A stretch of DNA of 64,000 nucleotides from a virus. Made by a program: the position numbers and the translations under genes. The stretch's first letter is position 1. The number at the start of each line of letters is the position of its first letter. Under the pieces are notes generated by a model. The model had not been told where the DNA came from and did not search any database. It saw only the letters and a list, made by a program, of their open reading frames with translations. The DNA lies in the IMG/VR virus record IMGVR_UViG_3300042341_001047. One strand, 5' to 3'. This document shows positions 58,380 to 64,000 of this stretch, one piece after another.

Positions 58380-60137
58380 TTATTTTATTCTTGTATGAAA
58401 GCTATGGCCCTCATTAATTCTTTCTAATTCTTTTAGATAAATTTCTTTACCTTCTTTCATATATTGAGCTAACATTTGAACTTTTTTATAGTCACCCTCA
58501 TCTAAAGCAGCATCAATTAACTCTTGTAATTCTCTTGGAGTTAAATCAGCATAATCTACTTCACCTTCAGTTTCTTCAGATCCACCATATAAACTTTGTT
58601 TAACTAATTTATCAATGTCAGATTCTTCTTCTTCTTTACCTGGCTCCATAGTACCATCTTCTTCCTCTTCTTGACGATATTTTTCTTCTTCCTGACGATA
58701 TTTTTCTTCTTCTTGTCTTTCCTTTTCTTCTTGTTCCCATTCAGCAATTTCTCTATTATAGTCTTCGATATCTTCAACGATATAGTCAACTATCTTTTTG
58801 ATTTCTGTTTTAGCTAAAGATGAATTGAATTTTTGTTCATTAATAACAAATTCAATTTTACCACCTCTTTCAACACTATCAAATACAGAGAACATACTTT
58901 TCATAATATCTAAGAATTGTTTATCAGTTCTAGCAATATCTGCTTTCTTTTTCAAAAATTGTTTATGTTCTTCAGGAGCATTTTTAACTTCTTCTTGAGC
59001 TCTTTCTTTATCAACAGCTAACATTGTAAATACTCTTGTTTCTAATCTTTTATAATCATTAGATTCAGAAAATTTATTAACAAAAGTTAATAACATTTGT
59101 AAAGCTGGTGGTCCATATCTAAAGTCTTGAGCTTCATCCATAAAAGATGAAGTAGCTTTTTTAACTATTTCTGCAGTTTTCTTATCTTTCTTGATAGCAC
59201 CAGATTGTAAGAAAAGGAATATACCTTTAATTGTCTCGTGAATCAACATTGGAAAATCAACACCAGCAGATTTAATAACTATTTTAGTAGCTTCTTTTTC
59301 TAAAAGAAGATTCATATTATAAAAGTTACCTGACAAACTTTCCCATTTAACTTGAACAGCTCCAGCCATACCACCTGGTTGATTTCTCATCATACTAGCT
59401 TTTCTATCAATTGGAATAACCCAGTCCATTTTATCAGCGATATCTGACATTTGAACCCATAAGTTTAATATTGTTCTATAACCATCACCGAAAATTTGTT
59501 GTAAACCTTCATCAACAATATCAGAAGCTCTAATAATATCTTTTGTAGATTTACCAGCGGCTTGAGTAATCATATTAAGAATCTTTTTCTTTTCAACCGC
59601 ATCAACTAAATCAGTTCCAGGAACTTCTTCTTGTTCTTCATCTGATCCAGACTCTTGATTTTCATCTTGGTCCTCATCTTGGTCCTCTTGGTCTCTCTCA
59701 TCTTGCTCTTCTTGGTCTTGTTCAGTAGGCTGTTTAGCTTGTTGAGGAACTTCATTAATATCTCCAATTTCTCTATTAACAGAACCCATCGGTACTAATT
59801 TAATATCTAATTCAATTGGCTTAATAGATGAATCTAAAATTTCACCGAATTGATCTCTTACTACTTTCTCAGCTAACTTTTCTAATTTAGCAATTCTTTC
59901 TTGTACTTCTTGTTGTGATAATCTTTGTCCATTAGGACCTGTTGATAAAATTTGTTGAGATTGTCTCATAGCACCTTCAAAAGATGGCCAAAGATTTCTC
60001 ATTTGAGACTCATCATCAGGTCTGATACCTAAATTTCTTGCAGCTTCTTCATCAGATTTACGCATGAAATCAGTAGGGACTCCCTTATTTCCTCTCAAAT
60101 CAACTTCTTCTTTTATAAATTTTTCAAAATTTTTCAT
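58380..60137 (-). CDS. head-leader protein with acidic repeats and IDEAL-like C-terminal helix
   Basis: MKNFEKFIKEE; FPMLIHETIKG; EEEKYRQ repeats; LIDAALDEGDY. Confidence 0.6.
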   Translation of the reverse strand: MKNFEKFIKEEVDLRGNKGVPTDFMRKSDEEAARNLGIRPDDESQMRNLWPSFEGAMRQSQQILSTGPNGQRLSQQEVQERIAKLEKLAEKVVRDQFGEILDSSIKPIELDIKLVPMGSVNREIGDINEVPQQAKQPTEQDQEEQDERDQEDQDEDQDENQESGSDEEQEEVPGTDLVDAVEKKKILNMITQAAGKSTKDIIRASDIVDEGLQQIFGDGYRTILNLWVQMSDIADKMDWVIPIDRKASMMRNQPGGMAGAVQVKWESLSGNFYNMNLLLEKEATKIVIKSAGVDFPMLIHETIKGIFLFLQSGAIKKDKKTAEIVKKATSSFMDEAQDFRYGPPALQMLLTFVNKFSESNDYKRLETRVFTMLAVDKERAQEEVKNAPEEHKQFLKKKADIARTDKQFLDIMKSMFSVFDSVERGGKIEFVINEQKFNSSLAKTEIKKIVDYIVEDIEDYNREIAEWEQEEKERQEEEKYRQEEEKYRQEEEEDGTMEPGKEEEESDIDKLVKQSLYGGSEETEGEVDYADLTPRELQELIDAALDEGDYKKVQMLAQYMKEGKEIYLKELERINEGHSFHTRIK

Positions 60138-60145
60138 AGTTAAAA

Positions 60146-60418
60146 TTATTTTTGTTCGAAATAGGAGTCTATTTCTTTTTTATCTTCTTTTGAAGCATCT
60201 GAATAAACAGAACTAAGTCTATCAATTACTTTTTCAGCTGACGCTAAAGGAGCATCTTGTTCAGATGGAACTTCAGTTGGTGTTATACCTGGTCTACTTG
60301 GTCTCGGTCTCGTTGGAGTAGGAGTTGTAGTCGGTGCTGGAGTTGTAGTCGGTGCTGGATTTGCACCCATTACCAATTCCTCACTAACAAAACTCTCAAA
60401 CTTTTTGATAATTCTCAT
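60146..60418 (-). CDS. small head-leader protein with Pro/Thr repeats
   Basis: MRIIKKFESFVSEE; PAPTTTPAPTTTPTP. Confidence 0.6.
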   Translation of the reverse strand: MRIIKKFESFVSEELVMGANPAPTTTPAPTTTPTPTRPRPSRPGITPTEVPSEQDAPLASAEKVIDRLSSVYSDASKEDKKEIDSYFEQK

Positions 60419-60470
60419 ATATAAGTTTATAATTTTTACATTATTATATATTAATTTCTAATCTTCAAAA

Positions 60471-60956
60471 ATGACATTAAAACCAATAAAAAGTTATTAT
60501 GATTACAAACAAGCTAAAAAATACCTAGAGTCTGTATCTTATAATGAATTAACGAAAGAAGAATCTAATGATATTGAAATTCTATCTATTCTAATAGAGG
60601 ACTTTGAAAGAAGAGGTAAACCAAACTTAGAAGATGTAGTTATTGAGCCAATAATTGATTATGTTTACGATTTAGTTGAAAACGCATCTAAATATGAGAA
60701 AAACGGATTAATAGAAAAGGGTCTAAAACTAGGAGAAGAATATGGTGAGTTATCAGCCGAGATTTTAAAATTAAAAGGATATAAAAAAACAACCGAAGAT
60801 GAAGGTAGAATAAACTATAATATTCTATTGGAATCAACCGATTGTTTAATAATGGTATTTGATATTATGTCATCTATGGGATTCACTAAAAAACAAATAT
60901 GTGATATGTCAGAAAAACAAGTTAATAAGTGGTTAAAAAATATAGAAATTAAGTAG
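60471..60956 (+). CDS. HigA-like N-terminal domain fused to a MazG-like NTP pyrophosphatase
   Basis: LKPIKSYYDYKQA...DIEILSILIEDFE; KLGEEYGEL...LESTD. Confidence 0.7.
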   Translation: MTLKPIKSYYDYKQAKKYLESVSYNELTKEESNDIEILSILIEDFERRGKPNLEDVVIEPIIDYVYDLVENASKYEKNGLIEKGLKLGEEYGELSAEILKLKGYKKTTEDEGRINYNILLESTDCLIMVFDIMSSMGFTKKQICDMSEKQVNKWLKNIEIK

Positions 60957-60957
60957 T

Positions 60958-61389
60958 ATGAAAAAAGCGTATGTTATTTTAAAAAAAGGATTTGAGTATG
61001 ATGATAACATCTACAATGAATCAGATGGTGGTACACCAAATCTAATTGTATTTTCTAAAGAAGATGCTCAATTAAAAGTAAATGAATTAAATATTCAAGA
61101 ATTAAAAAATTGTTCAATATCAGAATACTCATATGATATGGAAGATATTCTTAATGTAGAAATTGATGAATATGATAAATTCAACGAATCTCTAAATACC
61201 AAGTATGGTAAACCAGAATCTAAAAATAGATGGGATTCATTTGAGAATAAACTACATCCAATGGCTAATGAAGAAGAAGCTAATCAATATGTTAAAATGG
61301 TTTCTATTAGTTTTTACGAGGCTGTTGAAACGGATATTGATGTTCAATCTCTTAGAGAAAAACAAGTTTCTAGTATTTTAGACAAGTAA
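60958..61389 (+). CDS. tagged hypothetical protein
   Basis: C-terminal REKQVSSIL. Confidence 0.6.
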   Translation: MKKAYVILKKGFEYDDNIYNESDGGTPNLIVFSKEDAQLKVNELNIQELKNCSISEYSYDMEDILNVEIDEYDKFNESLNTKYGKPESKNRWDSFENKLHPMANEEEANQYVKMVSISFYEAVETDIDVQSLREKQVSSILDK

Positions 61390-61481
61390 ATCAAAATAAT
61401 TATAAATTATCCTCATAGTTTTAATATATAGACTATGAGGATTATTTATTTTAAATAGTTTATAAAAATACCTAATGGAAA

Positions 61482-61868
61482 ATGAAAAAATTTACTAAAA
61501 TATTAGAAGAGGTAGAAAGTGAAAGATTCTACAAAGTAACAGCACAAGTTGAATTAATTATACCTGCTGAGAATGAAGGAGAAGCTGGATATATGTCAGA
61601 CTCTATATTAGCATCTATTGAATACGGTTCTAACTATACAATTGATTTAATCGATGAGACAGATGAAAGAGTAGTAACAGAATCAAAGTCGGAGATAAAA
61701 TCAGAAGTAAAAGGTAATGATTATCAAATGGTTTCTGGTATTATAGATATCCTCAATAAAGTAAAAGATAAAGAAAATAGAATGGAAATAGCAAAAGATA
61801 TGATTTCTCAATTTAAAAGAGAAGATATAAAATTTGATTATGATAAGTTTTTAGATTCAATAAAATAA
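61482..61868 (+). CDS. putative head-targeted protein
   Basis: MKKFTKILEE leader. Confidence 0.55.
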   Translation: MKKFTKILEEVESERFYKVTAQVELIIPAENEGEAGYMSDSILASIEYGSNYTIDLIDETDERVVTESKSEIKSEVKGNDYQMVSGIIDILNKVKDKENRMEIAKDMISQFKREDIKFDYDKFLDSIK

Positions 61869-61897
61869 TATATACTACATAAAAATAAAATATTAAA

Positions 61898-62464
61898 ATG
61901 AAAAGATTTTCAGATATTAAAAAAGTAAAAGTTAAAAAAATCAACGAAGCCGAAGGTGAATCAAATTTACCTTCAAACTACGAAGATATGTCAAAAGAAG
62001 AACTTTTAGCTCTTATGTCAGGTAAAAAAGAACAACCTGAACCAGAAAAGAAAGAAGAAGAAAAGAAAGAAGTATCTAACGAAGGTGGTGATGTTTCTAA
62101 ATTCATCTCTAAATTGTTAGAAAGTAGAGAGATGGCTCAAGTTTATCACTGGACGGTTAAAGGTGATATGGGTTCACACGCAGCTCACTTAGCATTAGAA
62201 GCTTACTACAGTGGTGTTATTGAATTTATTGATGATATCGTTGAGGTTTATCAAGGTCAATATGGTTTAATTGAAGGATATGATCAAATTGCTACAGATG
62301 AAACAAGATCTAAAGATAAATTGGATTACTTCAAAGAAGTTGTTGAATTTGTTAAATCAGAAAGAAGTTGCATTAAAGTAGAAGATACACACTTACATAC
62401 TATAATAGATGAGGTTGTAGTTCTTATTTACAAAACAATCTACAAATTAACTTACAATAAATAA
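61898..62464 (+). CDS. ferritin/Dps-like four-helix protein with leader
   Basis: YHWTVKG..GSHAAHLALEAYY...DDIVEVYQGQYG...IIDE...YKL. Confidence 0.7.
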   Translation: MKRFSDIKKVKVKKINEAEGESNLPSNYEDMSKEELLALMSGKKEQPEPEKKEEEKKEVSNEGGDVSKFISKLLESREMAQVYHWTVKGDMGSHAAHLALEAYYSGVIEFIDDIVEVYQGQYGLIEGYDQIATDETRSKDKLDYFKEVVEFVKSERSCIKVEDTHLHTIIDEVVVLIYKTIYKLTYNK

Positions 62465-62465
62465 A

Positions 62466-63014
62466 ATGAAACACATTAAAAAACATCCTATTAATGATAA
62501 AGCTCAGAAGCTTTCAAAGGATATAAAAAAACAAGATCATAGTAAACCAGCATCAAAAAAGAAATTAGACGCTGATAAATCTTTAAGTGATCCTGAGGTT
62601 TCAATGAAGGTAACTAAACCATCAAATAAAAAATTAAATGGTGAAAAGTTTTTATCTAACCCTACAATCAATACTAAAAAGCCTAATAAACCTTCTAATA
62701 AAAATTTAGATGGTGAGAAGTTCTTAGCAGAAGGACTTAATCATTTAAAAAGATTCAATGAAGAATTCGATTCAAGTGGATATCAATCACACTGGACTAA
62801 ATTTGCTCAATGGTTATGGGAAAAAGACTTTGAATTATATGGTGGTGGAGAAGACCTTCACAATAAATTTATGGAAGTATCTAATGATGATAACTTATCA
62901 TCAGAAGATAAAGCTAGTCAAATTACAAATTATTTAGATGAAAAATGGGGAGTCTATGATGGATATATGTCAGTATATAATTATTTAGAATCTTTATTCA
63001 TGGATGAAATTTAA
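62466..63014 (+). CDS. basic repeat protein with internal leader motif
   Basis: KP(A/S)(S/N)KxLxx(D/E)KxL repeats, then HLKRFNEE. Confidence 0.6.
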   Translation: MKHIKKHPINDKAQKLSKDIKKQDHSKPASKKKLDADKSLSDPEVSMKVTKPSNKKLNGEKFLSNPTINTKKPNKPSNKNLDGEKFLAEGLNHLKRFNEEFDSSGYQSHWTKFAQWLWEKDFELYGGGEDLHNKFMEVSNDDNLSSEDKASQITNYLDEKWGVYDGYMSVYNYLESLFMDEI

Positions 63015-63016
63015 CT

Positions 63017-63045
63017 AAAATCCCACTTAATAAGTGGGATTTTTT
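63017..63045. terminator. bidirectional intrinsic terminator
   Basis: aaaatcccactta-a-taagtgggattttt. Confidence 0.8.
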
Positions 63046-63284
63046 ATTTCTATAGTTCCGTAAAAGTTATTATTTATAATCTTTTTAGAGTATCTACTCA
63101 TAATTGATTTACTTGGTGAGAATTCATCTTTAACATCTAAACCTAAACCAAATATCTTATTAATCTTTCTTTTTCTACTTACATTCTTAGAAGTATATCC
63201 AGATATAACAGAAGTGGTTGTCAATGGAATATAAGGAGCAAAAACATAACCTTGTTCTAAATTACTTTTCTTTCCTATTATCAT
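63027..63284 (-). CDS. tagged fragment of T4-type major capsid protein (C-terminal part)
   Basis: GYVFAPYIPL...[RKRKINKIFG]...FSPSKSIMSRYSK...FYGTI. Confidence 0.72.
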   Translation of the reverse strand: MIIGKKSNLEQGYVFAPYIPLTTTSVISGYTSKNVSRKRKINKIFGLGLDVKDEFSPSKSIMSRYSKKIINNNFYGTIEIKNPTY

Positions 63285-63420
63285 TGAATATTTTTTTAAT
63301 TTTTTCTTTTCTTTTATCTTTTCTAAGAAAAGAACTTAAAAAGTTCATAGAAGAATAGTCATGTAATCTACTTCCAGGTCCACCTAGTACAACATTCCAC
63401 TCATCTCTCGCTTTTATCAT
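63262..63420 (-). CDS. unlisted 52-aa tagged mini-protein
   Basis: MIKARDEWNVVLGGPGSRLHDYSSMNFLSSFLRKDKRKEKIKKIFNDNRKEK. Confidence 0.6.
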   Translation of the reverse strand: MIKARDEWNVVLGGPGSRLHDYSSMNFLSSFLRKDKRKEKIKKIFNDNRKEK

Positions 63421-63535
63421 ATAATCTTTTGATTTTATTTTTTCTCTTTTCAGATCTTTCTTTTTTAGACCATCTGAAAATTGAATCTGTTATAGACTCT
63501 TGAAACTCTTTTGATTGATTTTCCCAAATTGACAT
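63401..63535 (-). CDS. unlisted 44-aa tagged mini-protein
   Basis: MSIWENQSKEFQESITDSIFRWSKKERSEKRKNKIKRLYDKSER. Confidence 0.6.
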   Translation of the reverse strand: MSIWENQSKEFQESITDSIFRWSKKERSEKRKNKIKRLYDKSER

Positions 63536-63557
63536 AAATATTATACAATAAAATTAA

Positions 63558-63875
63558 CTACTTGTTTTCTGTGTACATATACTTTCTACCAGTATCATTA
63601 TAATCCATTAGATTATTAACAACGGTATCAATCTTATCTTTAGAATCATCAACATCTTTTTTGATAACTTGAAGCGCAGCAATTGAATCATCTATCTGAT
63701 CATTTCCTTTTTTAGAATCACTTTTGAAATTATTTAATTCATTTAGTAATGATTCTACTGATTTTGATTTATCATCCATGATAGAAGCAAAGTCTTTTAA
63801 CTCCTCAATAATTTCTGCTACTCTTTCTGATGAAATATCTACTTGTTCATCTTCATTGAATCTTCTAATTTTCAT
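63558..63875 (-). CDS. coiled-coil putative head-targeted protein
   Basis: MKIRRFNE leader. Confidence 0.6.
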   Translation of the reverse strand: MKIRRFNEDEQVDISSERVAEIIEELKDFASIMDDKSKSVESLLNELNNFKSDSKKGNDQIDDSIAALQVIKKDVDDSKDKIDTVVNNLMDYNDTGRKYMYTENK

Positions 63876-63910
63876 ATTAATAGTTTAATATTTTAATATA
63901 TATATTAATT

Positions 63911-64000
63911 ATGAAACGTAAGAATAAGCTTATATTAGAATTCACAGAATTTAACATGCAAAGAATGAACCCTGATTCAGCGGCTCAAACAGTTGGAGGT
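63911..64000 (+). CDS. partial CDS (MKRKNKLILEFTEFN...)
   Basis: ATG after palindromic TAATATATATATTA; open to the window end. Confidence 0.5.
   Translation, partial: MKRKNKLILEFTEFNMQRMNPDSAAQTVGG

Noticed and set aside
3289-58998. Short ORFs lying opposite or out of frame within long genes (e.g. 3289, 3362, 6255, 8839, 13251, 19036, 35500, 50263, 56483)
   Set aside because: Shadow ORFs of well-supported genes, with no motifs, leader or tag.
1-64000. Alternative genetic code (stop-codon reassignment as in some megaphages)
   Set aside because: Recognisable genes are full length in code 11 and coding density is already high. The core-protein fragments are bounded by tags and overlapping neighbours rather than continuing past in-frame stops.
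1-64000. CRISPR array, rRNA, integrase or transposase
   Set aside because: None seen by eye; the repeats found are coding repeats or hairpins.

Overview
A gene-dense, AT-rich 64 kb segment of a large T4-like (jumbo) myophage genome in standard code 11. The host is most likely a Bacteroidetes: there are TAnnTTTG host-type promoters, a bS21 gene and an Hc1-like protein. Recognisable genes include UvsX/RecA, gp46/SbcC, a RuvC-like resolvase, PhoH, Dam, Sir2, DnaJ, CysK, two Nudix, two HAD, SLOG, a ligase-like protein, a metallophosphoesterase, an M28 peptidase, three very large Trp/Gly-repeat probable virion proteins and an atypical tRNA-Cys. Two short peptide signals recur across the window. 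(1) About 25 proteins begin with an MKxIKxFxEFxxE-type leader resembling the T4 capsid-targeting/prohead-protease signal, usually behind a TAATATATA putative late promoter. (2) About 22 mostly small proteins carry a basic amphipathic tag, R-x-x-K/R-I-x-x-I/L-L/F. Many of the tagged proteins are isolated signature fragments of conserved phage core proteins: terminase Walker A, terminase coupling motif, portal, major capsid N- and C-terminal parts, PolB KxxxNSxYG, helicase Walker B and possibly tail tube. One carries a ClpC/UvrB-type UVR coil. This 'bait + common tag' library is the best candidate for an undescribed system, for example decoys of phage triggers that neutralise host immune sensors or poison competing phages. 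All family assignments are by eye from remembered motifs; no database searches were run.
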